Source: Eledone cirrhosa
Lineage: Eukaryota
Assembly: GCA_964016885.1 (NCBI GenBank)
Contig: OZ024746.1
Span: 78,182,001-78,246,000, forward strand
DNA length: 64,000 bases
Direction: 5' to 3'
Shown here: piece after piece, positions 1-12,575 of the stretch
Numbering within the stretch: position 1 is the stretch's first letter
Layout of the letters: every line of letters begins with the position of its first letter
Notes under the pieces: model-generated
What the model saw: the letters and a program-made list of their open reading frames with translations, nothing else
Told to the model about the DNA's origin: nothing
The model's database searches: none
Program-made: the position numbers and the translations under genes

Positions 1-88
1 ATGAGTGACTTTCTCCTACCATTAACCCCTTCAGTCTTGCAATGATTGAAGATTTTAATAATGATGACAAATACTGATTGCTGTTGTT

Positions 89-200
89 GGAGGATTGGCA
101 GTATCGGTAGAGGGTCGGATGCCATGCTTTGACGCATAGAGTTACGGCCCTTGACATTCTGAGTTCAAATCCCATCGAGATTGACTTTCCCTTTCCCTTT
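89..200 (+). mobile_element. tRNA-derived SINE (family A), 5' part
   Basis: A-box-like TGGCAGTATCGGTAGAG and B-box GAGTTCAAATCCC; same sequence recurs at 8448, 8666, 58815 and on the minus strand at 35.3-36.0 kb and 57.1 kb. Confidence 0.8.
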
Positions 201-241
201 AGTTGATGGTCTTATTTAAGGCCATTAGATTGACAGAATCA

Positions 242-3200
242 TTAACCCATTAGAATTTAAACTGGCCATGTCTGGCCAGAATTCTCTCACCTATTTCTGT
301 TGAAACTGGCTATAAATAAGTAACATCAAAATCTCATAGATTCGATATTATGTGAGATAATCATGTAAGATAGAGCCTTTACTGTGAAAATACAATAGTA
401 AATATAGAGTAATGTAAGTGTTACGTGAGATAATCATGTAAGATAGAGCCTTTACTGTGAAAATACAATAGTAAATATAGAGTAATGTAAGTGTTACGTG
501 AGATAATCATGTAAGATAGAGCCTTTACTGTGAAAATACAATAGTAAATATAGAGTAATGTAAGTGTTATGTGAGATAATCATGTAAGATAGAGCCTTTA
601 CTGTGAAAATACAATAGTAAATATAGAGTAATGTAAGTGTTATGTGAGATAATCATGTAAGATAGAGGAGCCTTTACTGTGAAAATACAATAGTAAATAT
701 AGAGTAATGTAAGTGTTATGTGAAATAATCATGTAAGATAGAGGAGCCTTTACTGTGAAAATACAATAGTAAATATAGAGTAATGTAAGTGTTATGTGAG
801 ATAATCATGTAAGATAGAGGAGCCTTTACTGTGAAAATACAATAGTAAATATAGAGTAATGTAAGTGTTATGTGAGATAATCATGTAAGATAGAGCCTTT
901 ACTGTGAAAATACAATAGTAAATATAGAGTAATGTAAGTGTTATGTGAGATAATCATGTAAGATAGAGCCTTTACTGTGAAAATACAATAGTAAATATAG
1001 AGTAATGTAAGTGTTATGTGAGATAATCATGTAAGATAGAGCCTTTACTGTGAAAATACAATAGTAAATATAGAGTAATGTAAGTGTTATGTGAGATAAT
1101 CATGTAAGATAGAGCCTTTACTGTGAAAATACAATAGTAAATATAGAGTAATGTAAGTGTTATGTGAAATAATCATGTAAGATAGAGGAGCCTTTACTGT
1201 GAAAATACAATAGTAAATATAGAGTAATGTAAGTGTTATGTGAGATAATCATGTAAGATAGAGCCTTTACTGTGAAAATACAATAGTAAATATAGAGTAA
1301 TGTAAGTGTTATGTGAGATAATCATGTAAGATAGAGCCTTTACTGTGAAAATACAATAGTAAATATAGAGTAATGTAAGTGTTATGTGAGATAATCATGT
1401 AAGATAGAGCCTTTACTGTGAAAATACAATAGTAAATATAGAGTAATGTAAGTGTTATGTGAGATAATCATGTAAGATAGAGCCTTTACTGTGAAAATAC
1501 AATAGTAAATATAGAGTAATGTAAGTGTTATGTGAGATAATCATGTAAGATAGAGCCTTTACTGTGAAAATACAATAGTAAATATAGAGTAATGTAAGTG
1601 TTATGTGAAATAATCATGTAAGATAGAGGAGCCTTTACTGTGAAAATACAATAGTAAATATAGAGTAATGTAAGTGTTATGTGAGATAATCATGTAAGAT
1701 AGAGCCTTTACTGTGAAAATACAATAGTAAATATAGAGTAATGTAAGTGTTATGTGAGATAATCATGTAAGATAGAGCCTTTACTGTGAAAATACAATAG
1801 TAAATATAGAGTAATGTAAGTGTTATGTGAGATAATCATGTAAGATAGAGCCTTTACTGTGAAAATACAATAGTAAATATAGAGTAATGTAAGTGTTATG
1901 TGAGATAATCATGTAAGATAGAGGAGCCTTTACTGTGAAAATACAATAGTAAATATAGAGTAATGTAAGTGTTATGTGAGATAATCATGTAAGATAGAGC
2001 CTTTACTGTGAAAATACAATAGTAAATATAGAGTAATGTAAGTGTTATGTGAGATAGAGCCTTTACTGTGAAAATACAATAGTAAATATAGAGTAATGTA
2101 AGTGTTATGTGAGATAATCATGTAAGATAGAGCCTTTACTGTGAAAATACAATAGTAAATATAGAGTAATGTAAGTGTTATGTGAGATAATCATGTAAGA
2201 TAGAGCCTTTACTGTGAAAATACAATAGTAAATATAGAGTAATGTAAGTGTTATGTGAGATAATCATGTAAGATAGAGCCTTTACTGTGAAAATACAATA
2301 GTAAATATAGAGTAATGTAAGTGTTATGTGAGATAATCATGTAAGATAGAGCCTTTACTGTGAAAATACAATAGTAAATATAGAGTAATGTAAGTGTTAT
2401 GTGAGATAATCATGTAAGATAGAGCCTTTACTGTGAAAATACAATAGTAAATATAGAGTAATGTAAGTGTTATGTGAGATAATCATGTAAGATAGAGCCT
2501 TTACTGTGAAAATACAATAGTAAATATAGAGTAATGTAAGTGTTATGTGAAATAATCATGTAAGATAGAGGAGCCTTTACTGTGAAAATACAATAGTAAA
2601 TATAGAGTAATGTAAGTGTTATGTGAGATAATCATGTAAGATAGAGCCTTTACTGTGAAAATACAATAGTAAATATAGAGTAATGTAAGTGTTATGTGAG
2701 ATAATCATGTAAGATAGAGCCTTTACTGTGAAAATACAATAGTAAATATAGAGTAATGTAAGTGTTATGTGAGATAATCATGTAAGATAGAGCCTTTACT
2801 GTGAAAATACAATAGTAAATATAGAGTAATGTAAGTGTTATGTGAGATAATCATGTAAGATAGAGCCTTTACTGTGAAAATACAATAGTAAATATAGAGT
2901 AATGTAAGTGTTATGTGAGATAATCATGTAAGATAGAGCCTTTACTGTGAAAATACAATAGTAAATATAGAGTAATGTAAGTGTTATGTGAAATAATCAT
3001 GTAAGATAGAGGAGCCTTTACTGTGAAAATACAATAGTAAATATAGAGTAATGTAAGTGTTATGTGAGATAATCATGTAAGATAGAGCCTTTACTGTGAA
3101 AATACAATAGTAAATATAGAGTAATGTAAGTGTTATGTGAGATAATCATGTAAGATAGAGCCTTTACTGTGAAAATACAATAGTAAATATAGAGTAATGT

Positions 3201-3937
3201 AAGTGTTATGTGAGATAATCATGTAAGATAGAGCCTTTACTGTGAAAATACAATAGTAAATATAGAGTAATGTAAGTGTTATGTGAGATAATCATGTAAG
3301 ATAGAGGAGCCTTTACTGTGAAAATACAATAGTAAATATAGAGTAATGTAAGTGTTATGTGAGATAATCATGTAAGATAGAGCCTTTACTGTGAAAATAC
3401 AATAGTAAATATAGAGTAATGTAAGTGTTATGTGAGATAGAGCCTTTACTGTGAAAATACAATAGTAAATATAGAGTAATGTAAGTGTTATGTGAGATAA
3501 TCATGTAAGATAGAGCCTTTACTGTGAAAATACAATAGTAAATATAGAGTAATGTAAGTGTTATGTGAGATAATCATGTAAGATAGAGCCTTTACTGTGA
3601 AAATACAATAGTAAATATAGAGTAATGTAAGTGTTATGTGAGATAATCATGTAAGATAGAGCCTTTACTGTGAAAATACAATAGTAAATATAGAGTAATG
3701 TAAGTGTTATGTGAGATAATCATGTAAGATAGAGCCTTTACTGTGAAAATACAATAGTAAATATAGAGTAATGTAAGTGTTATGTGAGATAATCATGTAA
3801 GATAGAGCCTTTACTGTGAAAATACAATAGTAAATATAGAGTAATGTAAGTGTTATGTGAGATAATCATGTAAGATAGAGCCTTTACTGTGAAAATACAA
3901 TAGTAAATATAGAGTAATGTAAATGCTAAAGGGTTAA
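242..3937. mobile_element. piggyBac-like non-autonomous MITE, internally expanded by a satellite
   Basis: TTAA (242-245) + CCCATTAGAATTT ... AAATGCTAAAGGG + TTAA (3934-3937): 11/13 TIR match with TTAA target; unexpanded relatives at 5990-6203 and 59755-59950. Confidence 0.8.
348..3922. repeat. 73-bp tandem satellite, about 49 copies
   Basis: Unit GTGAGATAATCATGTAAGATAGAGCCTTTACTGTGAAAATACAATAGTAAATATAGAGTAATGTAAGTGTTAT; 76-bp (+GAG) and 60-bp (13-bp deletion) variants. Confidence 0.97.
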
Positions 3938-3944
3938 AGCTTCA

Positions 3945-4110
3945 GTCAAAATACTTTGCAGTATTTGTTACAAATATCTATGTCCTGAGTTCAAATCCTG
4001 ATGAGACCAACTTTGCCTTTCATCCTTCCAGGGTTGATAAAATAAAGTACCAGTCACTTGCTGGTGTTGATTTGATTGCTGACCTTGTGCCTAAATGTGA
4101 AACCAATATT
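3945..4110 (+). mobile_element. SINE family A, degenerate copy
   Basis: GAGTTCAAATCC ... CTTTGCCTTTCATCCTTCCAGGGTTGATAAAATAAAGTACCAG ... CCTTGTGCCTAAA; the central block resembles the Meta domain of MetaSINEs. Confidence 0.75.
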
Positions 4111-4204
4111 GTTGTTATTGTTGCAGACGTAGCATTAGTAGTTATAATGATGATGATGATGATGATGGTAGTGCTTGGTGCTGCAATAGGTTTATAAAAT
4201 TACT

Positions 4205-4480
4205 TAGTACACTCTATAAAGTGTTAGTGCTGGTGTCACAATAAACACACCCAGTACACCCTGTAAAGTGTTAGTGCGTGTGCCATGATAAAATATACCC
4301 AGAACACTCTTGTAGGTGGTTGGCATTAGAAAGGGCCTCCAACTGTAATAGCTATGCCAAATATGGAACATAGGAGCAAGATAGGGTCTCCTTGACTTGT
4401 CTAGTCTCAGATAGTGATAACCTGCCATCCAACCCAAAAGCAGAGGTAAAATGATGATTGTGATGATGATGATGATGACT
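4205..4480 (+). mobile_element. RTE-type SINE/LINE 3' tail with locally reiterated ~50-bp block
   Basis: CCCAGTACACCCTGTAAAGTG repeats, then GTGGTTGGCATTAGAAAGGGC..., ending in (GAT)n; same tail at 13720-14020, 21690-21826, 59470-59640 and reversed at 53160-53420 and 56500-57000. Confidence 0.6.
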
Positions 4481-5374
4481 TCCCTAGAGGTCTCAGAGGT
4501 GATATTGACATTGGCTGTATTCAAAGTCTGAAATTAAGATACTTTATACCTCAAGGTCTCACCAACAACTTCTAATCATTGAATGTAGAAGAGATGTATG
4601 AGAGAAAATTAATTATTCCCATAGATGTGTTGTGTTTGTATGGATACTTACTTCTGTTTCTAAGTTGGTTTTTCATTTTCTTTTCAATAGATATGTATAG
4701 CTCATCATATATTTATCAGTGCTTTTTCACCAGAAACCCAATAAAATCTTGTCTCACCAGTATAGTTGCCAATATTTAGCTTGAAAGCCATCCTTTCCTT
4801 TCATAAACATCTGAATATCTGAATAAGTAGATAGACTAACCGACAGACAGACTAACAGTTAAAACACTGTTGGCAAACAAGTTAATAGAATAAACAAAAT
4901 ATCTCAGAGTTATCTCTTATATGACTATATTTCTACTGAAATACTCTCTATTTTAGTTAATTAATGAAGAATGTTGATGTGTTTATTAAGATAGCTACTT
5001 AACATAGGGTTTTTATATAAAATTATGTTGGAAGATTTTAATTAAAATAGGTGCCCTTTAAAATGGGTGGTTTTGTTTAATAGAACCACTGCTGGTTTTG
5101 CCCGAATTTGTATCGAAAGGAGATGCAGTTGCAAGAAATTTCATTGGATATTAGAACTATATGCAACCCTGCGTGTGTGTGTGCAGCATAGCCTAATAGT
5201 TAAGAAGTCTTGGGCTTGATCTCACTGTATGACATTTCGGGCAAATATCATTTATCATAACCTCAGATTAATCCAGGCATTGTGAGTGAAATTGGAAGAT
5301 GGGATGAGGGTGGGGGATATTTAGACAAACAAATAATCATTTTGTTTGGTTGTTTTATATGTCTTGCATTCCCA

Positions 5375-5670
5375 CTCTCACCATCATCATCCTTACCACC
5401 ATCACCACCAGCACTACTACCCCACTCTTCACTGTCATCATCACCACCACCATCACCATCCTTACCACCATCACTACCACCCCAATCTTCACTGTCATCA
5501 TCACCACCACCATCACTACTACCCCAATCTTCATTGTCATCATCACCATCACTACTACCCCAATCTTCATTGTCATCATCACCATCACTACTACCCAATC
5601 TTCATTGTCATCATCACCATCACTACTACCCAATCTTCATTGTCATCATCCTTAGCACCACCATCACCAC
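5375..5670. repeat. (CAT/CAC)-rich minisatellite
   Basis: Repeated CCCCAATCTTCATTGTCATCATCACCATCACTACTA blocks of about 36 bp. Confidence 0.9.
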
Positions 5671-5989
5671 TTATGTATTTATTTATATGACATGTGCCAG
5701 GCCATATTTCACTTCATGTGTTTTCAATATAGTCAACTGATCTTTTCTCATAATATCAACCACATTGATGGTGGAACTGAGTATGAATTCCATTGTACCC
5801 TGCTACACTAGAATATATTGGTTTTATTTCAGAGAAAGTCTTCTCAAGGGACTCACATCAGTATGTCTTCATAAACTATATTCTTTGTTTGTGACACCTA
5901 AAACTAACAAAAGTGCTGCTACGCCTTGTTTGGGTTTATAGAAAAAAAAACGAGAAACATCTTACATATTCTATGATTGACCATCTCCC

Positions 5990-6203
5990 TTAACACTTTA
6001 GCATTTAAACCAGCCGTATCAAGCCAGAATTCTTACCACCTCTTTCTCTTCAAACCAGCTGTAACTGGCTGCTCATACTGATGTTAAGGTATTGTTCTCA
6101 AAGTAAATAATAACAAAATCTCATAGATTCGATATGTGAGGTAAAGCTTTTACTGTGAAAATACGATAGTAAATATAGAGTAATGTACATGATAAAGGGT
6201 TAA
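5990..6203. mobile_element. piggyBac-like MITE (214 bp), unexpanded relative of 242-3937
   Basis: TTAA CACTTTAGCATTT ... ACATGATAAAGGG TTAA; contains AAAATCTCATAGATTCGATATGTGAG and one partial 73-bp satellite unit. Confidence 0.75.
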
Positions 6204-6329
6204 ATATGTGCTTCTGTGTAAAATTTCAGTTGCCTGGGTGCAAAATTTGGACTGACAACTAGGAACATATATGCACACCTATATACATGCGCTTTTCTAT
6301 ACACTATTACACTATTTTTCCGGTAAGTT

Positions 6330-6482
6330 CAGGCAGGATCTGAAATCAGAATGCACAGAGCTGGAACTGACTCTGCAAGACATGGGCACCTGACCTGGCA
6401 TTGCCCACAACAGGACAACCCGTCTAACCCATTTTAGCGTAGAAGAATGGACGTAAAATGGTGATGATGATGTTGATGATGA
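6330..6482 (+). mobile_element. RTE-like LINE 3' end
   Basis: CACAACAGGACAACCCGTCTAACCC...GAATGGACGTAAAA + (GAT)n tail; reverse-complement relative at 23080-23195. Confidence 0.6.
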
Positions 6483-6519
6483 CATTTGACACTAACATTT
6501 CCGCTATTAATCTTCCACC

Positions 6520-6890
6520 CTGGTACTTGGTACTTTAATTATCGACACCCCCCCCCCCTCTTCCCCATCCTGAAAGGATTAAATATAAAGTTGACTTTAG
6601 CCGGATTTGAAGTGGGGTCACAAAGAATTCTGCCATTTCACTGGTGAGAGGTTAAATGGTAGAGAAAATCGACCCCCAAAAGGATTAAATATGAAGTTGA
6701 CTTTAACCAGATTTGAAGTGAGAGGCACAAAGAGCTCAACCAATTTTTTGATTGTGAGAGGTTGAATGGTAGAGAAAGTCGACGTCGACTTCAAAAGGAT
6801 TAAATATAGACTTGCCTTTAGCAGGGTTTGAAGTGAGAGGCGCAAAGAAATATACCAATTCGATGGTGAGAGGTTGAATGGTAGAGAAAA
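6520..6890 (-). repeat. Three degenerate ~110-bp tandem units derived from a minus-strand SINE A
   Basis: AAAGGATTAAATAT.AAGTTGACTTTA.C..GATTTGAAGTG...CACAAAGA ... GTGAGAGGTT.AATGGTAGAGAAA at about 6573, 6679 and 6794. Confidence 0.65.
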
Positions 6891-7141
6891 TAGTTAAAAA
6901 TGGTAACAATGGGTGTGGTGGGTGAGGACGAAACTAGTGGCTAATGTTATAAAGCAATCGTTGTGATGGATATATAATTGGTGTATATAGTGTGATTGAA
7001 GTACTGCTGCAAATGGGGACTTGAAGAATTAGGATGAAGTCTGGAAACATCATCAATACACGATGAGACTTCGTTCTTGAAATGCTAAGTCCTGAATACA
7101 TGTATGCTTGTTATATAAATGTGGGTGTGAAGAATATATTG

Positions 7142-7198
<57 letters not shown>

Positions 7199-7334
7199 TG
7201 TGTGTGTCATGATTGGTGGGTGGAAGGATGTTTGTGTGTAGACATTGTTTATTTTGTGCTACATATAAGTACATATATATGTATATGCATACATATATAT
7301 CTATATATGTATACATATATATGTGTATATATAT

Positions 7335-7394
<60 letters not shown>

Positions 7395-8447
7395 GCATAC
7401 ATATTCGCTCAACCTCTACATATCTATTTCCTCTGGATGTTTTAATTATAATTAGTACCCCCACCCCCACTCCCACTTCAAAATCTAATTTATTCCTGGG
7501 GTATTTTGTTTCTTCGTATTCCTTTTGCAGCTGCATTACCCCACCCATCGACAGCCATTCGTCCCTACTCCTCAACAACCACCCCACCCCTTCAACAGCT
7601 ACTCCTCCTCCCCCCTACACCCTCTCGGCTTCAGTCACCACCAGATCACATCAACTGAAGTGCTTTATTAGTTAATTTAATGCTACTATTACTAATGTAG
7701 GAGGTGACAGCACATTTTTTTTTTTGTGGGTGTTTGGGGCGGCTTACTTGCTGGGACCTCGTGTCTCCATAGTATCCCCCTTACCTCCTCTGGTTTGTCA
7801 CTACCACTGACACCCACCATCTCCACACCACCACTGACACCATTTTCATCATCACCACCACCACCACCATCATCACCATCTCCATCTCCACACTACCACC
7901 ACTAACTCCACCGTCATCATCACCACAACCACAGGCACCACTACCTTTTACTTTTAAATTTAATTTAACTGTTCTCTCTCTCTCATACACACACTCTCTC
8001 TCTCTCTCTCCCCTCTCTCTCTCTCTCTGTCCTTCATCAGTCTATTTAAATGAAATTAAATCCTTTATAGGTTGGATTTGTCTTTTGTTTATCCTTTTAT
8101 CTGAATCAGTCACCCCAGAGCTCAGATTCCTCTCACCTATCTGAAGAAATGTCCTTATTTCTATTACCACAGTAGTGTTTTATGAAAGGTGTGGCAGAGC
8201 AACAAGAGTGTCCCAGCCGAGTGGGTAAACTCTGGCTATGCTTTTCTAAGTAGAAGGAAAAAAAACTAGGAGAGGGTTTTTTTTTCAATAAATACCATTT
8301 GATGTGACAGAGTAATGTGGGGCTTTTTTGTGGAGTAGGGGTTGGAGTTCTGAAATTAGCCTAAATTTATGACACCCTCCTATTGGATAACTTTACTTTT
8401 CTTAATTGATATTTGTTGTTGTTTTGTGTTGTTATTACTATTTTAAA

Positions 8448-8863
8448 GGGTGGTGGATTGGCAGAATCGGTAGAGCATTGGACACCATGCTTTGCAACAT
8501 AGAGTTGCGTCCCTTTATGTTCTGAGTTCAAATCCTGCGCCGAGAGTAGCTTTGCCTTTCATCCTTACGGGATCGATAAAATAAAGTACCAGTAACGCAC
8601 TGGCTAATTGCTGGCCTTGTGCCAAAAGTAGAAACAATTATTATTATTATTATTATTATTATTATGGCGGTGGATTGGCAATATCGGTAGAGGGCCGGAC
8701 GCCATGCTTTGATGCATAGAGTTACGGCCCTTGCCATTCTGAGTTCAAATCCCGCCAAGGTTAACTTTGCCTTTCATCCTTACGGGGTCGATACAATAAA
8801 GTACCAGTAATACACTGTGTATGTGCTGGCCTTGTGCCAAAAGTAGAAACAATTATTATTATT
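8448..8863 (+). mobile_element. Two head-to-tail SINE family A copies with (ATT)n tails
   Basis: GG.GGTGGATTGGCA heads at 8448 and 8666; B-box GAGTTCAAATCC; central CCTTTCATCCTTACGGG.TCGATA; tails CTGGCCTTGTGCCAAAAGTAGAAACAATTATT. Confidence 0.9.
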
Positions 8864-9904
8864 CCTCGACAGTGATCAGGCGTGGTCGCCGTTTGCTAGA
8901 CGCGTCTTTCCCCAGGTCGTCTCCTTGACGGAGCTGCAGTCCTGGGTCAAGCGAAGACCGAGAGGGAGCGCTTGGAGACTGGAATGTCTTCAGGCGCTCA
9001 CAGCCCTTGACCAATCGGGCAATGTGATCGGTGGAAACTTCACCTTGGCGTTCTATAGAGGATTAGTGGAGGGGAAGAGCGACAACGTACTTGGGGAAAC
9101 TCTAAGCGTTGACGAAAATCAACTAGCCAATCTCTTCGGAAGAACTTTCGGGCCGGGGCCTATGGACAACTTCCAGAAATCCCTGGCCTGGCAGTGCTAC
9201 CGAGGAGCTTTGCCAGTTCAGGATAAACTCTACAGGCGTGGAGGTGCCGTCAGCCGGGCATGTCCGAGATGTACGCAGGGCGACGAAACCGTCCTGCACG
9301 CACTCATCCAGTGTCCGAGCATTGCTGACTTGTGGGTTTATGTCGAACACCTGCTGTCGCGTGTAGGACGGATCCGGCTATCAGCTGAGTCCATTGTGAG
9401 GATTGCCCCGCCCTCTTCCTTTAGCCGGGAAGGGCAGGCAGTTTTTATCTGTCTGGTAGCCATGGCGAAAGAGATAGTATGGTGGACACGTTTGAAAGGG
9501 CTGAAGACGAGCACTTACCTCTTCGGTGATGCCCTGATTAACTTTTTCAAATTTCATTTGAAAAGGAAAATCAGGGTAGAGAGGGAAGTGTTCTCTTCCC
9601 AGCATTTTGTTGAAAGATGGGTGAGAGAGGCAAGAATGGCCTGTGTCTGTAAATTAAAGGTGGAAAACTGGGAGCGGACACTTGCCCTGGTGGTCAGAGT
9701 CACTGTGGCTTTTAATGGGCTTTCTCCACGAATGTCCCTCGGAAGTCTCCCCCCATATTGGGGAATTTTTCATTGTTATGTTTTTTTGTTACATCCTCTG
9801 TTTTTGTTTTTTACACGCAGAAATACCCATTTGTACCGTCCTGTATTGTCCTGTACTGTCCTTGATGTCTACTTTATGTAAACCCTTGTGGTTAATAAAG
9901 AAAG

Positions 9905-9905
<1 letters not shown>
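8864..9905 (+). mobile_element. 5'-truncated L1/Tx1-clade non-LTR retrotransposon
   Basis: GC-richer block between (ATT)n tracts; ends TTGTGGTTAATAAAGAAAGC; encodes a zf-RVT-like ORF2 C-terminus. Confidence 0.85.
8865..9881 (+). pseudogene. ORF2 C-terminal fragment (zf-RVT zinc knuckle) of an L1/Tx1 element; open frame but 5'-truncated
   Basis: LAWQCYRGALPVQDKLYRRG...CPRCTQGDETVLHALIQCPSIADLW matches the W..(H/R)..L ... C..C....ET..H....C......W pattern; frame is open from the insertion junction. Confidence 0.85.
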
Positions 9906-9935
<30 letters not shown>

Positions 9936-10394
9936 GGGTTTAGTGCTGTATCCTGAGTTTATTATAAATCTTTCCATTATATCATATTACTTGTAACACT
10001 TTCATTTATGAGAGGTGTTTGTATGGGGCCTGTGTGTGTGGTGTGTGTGAGTGTGTGTGATGTGTGTGGTGTGTGTGTGTTTTTATGTGATACCTATTTG
10101 TGCGTATATGGTGCTTGTGTATGTGTGTGGTTCCAGTGTGTGTGTGTATATGGTTCCCGTGTATATGTGTATATGTATGGTGCCTGTATAGTGTGTATGT
10201 GTATATGTGTGTATTTCCTGTGTATATGTATATGTATATATATGTGTGTGTGTGTGTGTGTTTGTGGTGCCCGTATTGTGATTGTGTATATGTTGTATTG
10301 TGATTGTATGTGTGTGTGTGTGGTGCTTGTGTATATGTATGGTGCCTGTATAGTGTGTATGTGTATATGTGTGTATTTCCTGTGATTATGTATG

Positions 10395-10427
<33 letters not shown>

Positions 10428-11083
10428 TTGTGGTGCCCGTATTGTGATTGTGTGTGTGTCCTGCCTTATTGTATGTGTGTGTGTGTGTGTGGTGGTGTAT
10501 GTGTATATGTGTATGTGTATATGTATATGTGTGTGATGCCTGTGTGGTGTGTGTTCAACCATCACTGGTATAGAAATACACTTGTAGAAAAATGAGATTT
10601 CTTCATGCCATCCAAGACATTCAATACAGTTTTGGTTATGTGTAGGAAGATGTTGTTTTTTCACTTACACGCTTCACTTCTCCAAGCCAAATACATTAAG
10701 CAACAGTCATGAAAAGAGACTGCCAGCCATCCTGATTTTATTTATTCTATGTATGTATGACAAGTTAAAATACTTGACTATTGAGCAAGCTTTTTTTTCC
10801 ATTTCTGTGTGTGTATTTTATTTATTTTATGTAAGACAAGTTCACTCTCACTGTCCTGTACCACCTGAAGCCACATTTTTTTTTAGTTATTCTATGTAAG
10901 ACAAAGTATCTCTCACTGTCCTGTACCACACAAACTGCCTTATGTTAAGTATGACTAGTTGAAAAGTTGCAAAGTGACATTATAACTTCATCACAATCAA
11001 TATGTTCCAAATTCTTGTTAATTTAAAAAATGTTTTGGAAATCATAGGTAGTATCTTTCATTTGCGATACAATAATGAAAGGG

Positions 11084-11299
11084 TTAACCCTTAACATCTT
11101 GTACCCCATGATACCACATTAGGAAAGCATTCTTGAAAAGTACAAAACAGCACTATGACTGAATCACAATCTACTTTAGTTTACTGCAAATATTCACAAA
11201 TATCTGTCCACTGATGAAGATACTATAAACATTTGAGTTAACAAACCTGTTTTTATTTAAATATTTCCTGTTAAATCATTACAGCTTGTTAAGGGTTAA
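11084..11299. mobile_element. piggyBac-like MITE (216 bp)
   Basis: Perfect TTAA CCCTTAACA ... TGTTAAGGG TTAA; internal sequence related to 26628-26711. Confidence 0.75.
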
Positions 11300-11727
11300 T
11301 GAAATACTGGGGCTTTATTTTATTTTTTTTGCTTTTTGTGGGTTTTATTTTATTTATTTATTTATTTATTTTTGTCTTTCATTCCCATCTCACCAATCTG
11401 TAATCAATCTAAATCCTGCGGATATGGACTTTTCCTCTGAAGGAAACCAGAGACAATTCTATTTTACTACTGTCTTCCTCTTCTTAATAAGGCAGATTAC
11501 AGATTTCCGTGAAGAGTCACATCCCTCTTGCAAACATTATGTCAATCTCTTTTCTACTTCCTTCTAATAAATGGTTTGTTTAATACAAACGAAACGCTGA
11601 GAAGTTACTACCATATTTGTTCTTCCTCCATTATCCTAATGTTGCTAATTAATGTAGAAATCCTAGCTGCTGTACTGTTATACATCCTGCTCACCCCTGT
11701 TCTCTCTATCTATCTATCCCACTCAAT

Positions 11728-11729
<2 letters not shown>

Positions 11730-11762
<33 letters not shown>

Positions 11763-11843
11763 TCATCATCATATATATATATATATAAATATTCATATAT
11801 ATATATATATTTATATATATATATATATATATATATGCATATG

Positions 11844-11883
<40 letters not shown>

Positions 11884-11891
11884 TATGTATG

Positions 11892-11928
<37 letters not shown>

Positions 11929-11945
11929 GCATATGTATGTATGTA

Positions 11946-11976
<31 letters not shown>

Positions 11977-11993
11977 GCATATGTATGTATGTA

Positions 11994-12026
<33 letters not shown>

Positions 12027-12033
12027 GCATATG

Positions 12034-12082
<49 letters not shown>

Positions 12083-12084
12083 GC

Positions 12085-12121
<37 letters not shown>

Positions 12122-12235
12122 TATGTATGTATATATATATATATATATAGATATATACCTACATACATATGCATATATATATATATATATATATATATGC
12201 ATATGTATGTATATATATATATATGTGTGTGTGTG
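11730..12235. repeat. (TA)n-GCATATGTATG compound microsatellite
   Basis: Direct inspection. Confidence 0.95.
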
Positions 12236-12237
12236 TG

Positions 12238-12575
12238 AAGACACATGGGTTAGTGGTTAGAGCATTAGGCTTGCAATTGGAAGGTTGTGAGTTTGATTCT
12301 CGGACTGGGTGATGTGTTGTGTCCTTGAGCAAGACACTTTATTTCATGTTGCTCCAGTTTACTCAGCTGTAGAAATGAGTTGTAACTTCACTGGTGTCAA
12401 GCTGTATCGGCCATAGCTTTCCCTTGGGCATCGTTGGTGGCATGGAGAGGGGAGAATGGTATGCATGGGTGACTGCTGGTTTTCCACAAACAACTTTGCC
12501 CGTACTTGTACCTCGGAGGGAAACTTTCTAGGTTCAAATCCCATGGTCATTCATGACCGAAGGGGGTCGTTACCC
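12238..12575 (+). mobile_element. tRNA-derived CORE-like SINE (family B)
   Basis: A-box TAGTGGTTAG, B-box-like GTTTGATTC, CORE-like TGTGTCCTTGAGCAAGACACTT; further heads at 12865-13170 (two in tandem) and 14068-14350. Confidence 0.75.

Noticed and set aside
348-3922. CRISPR-like regular repeat
   Set aside because: No unique spacers; continuous tandem units; eukaryotic context with no cas genes
8448-8545. tRNA genes at A/B-box motifs
   Set aside because: No cloverleaf; they continue into SINE bodies
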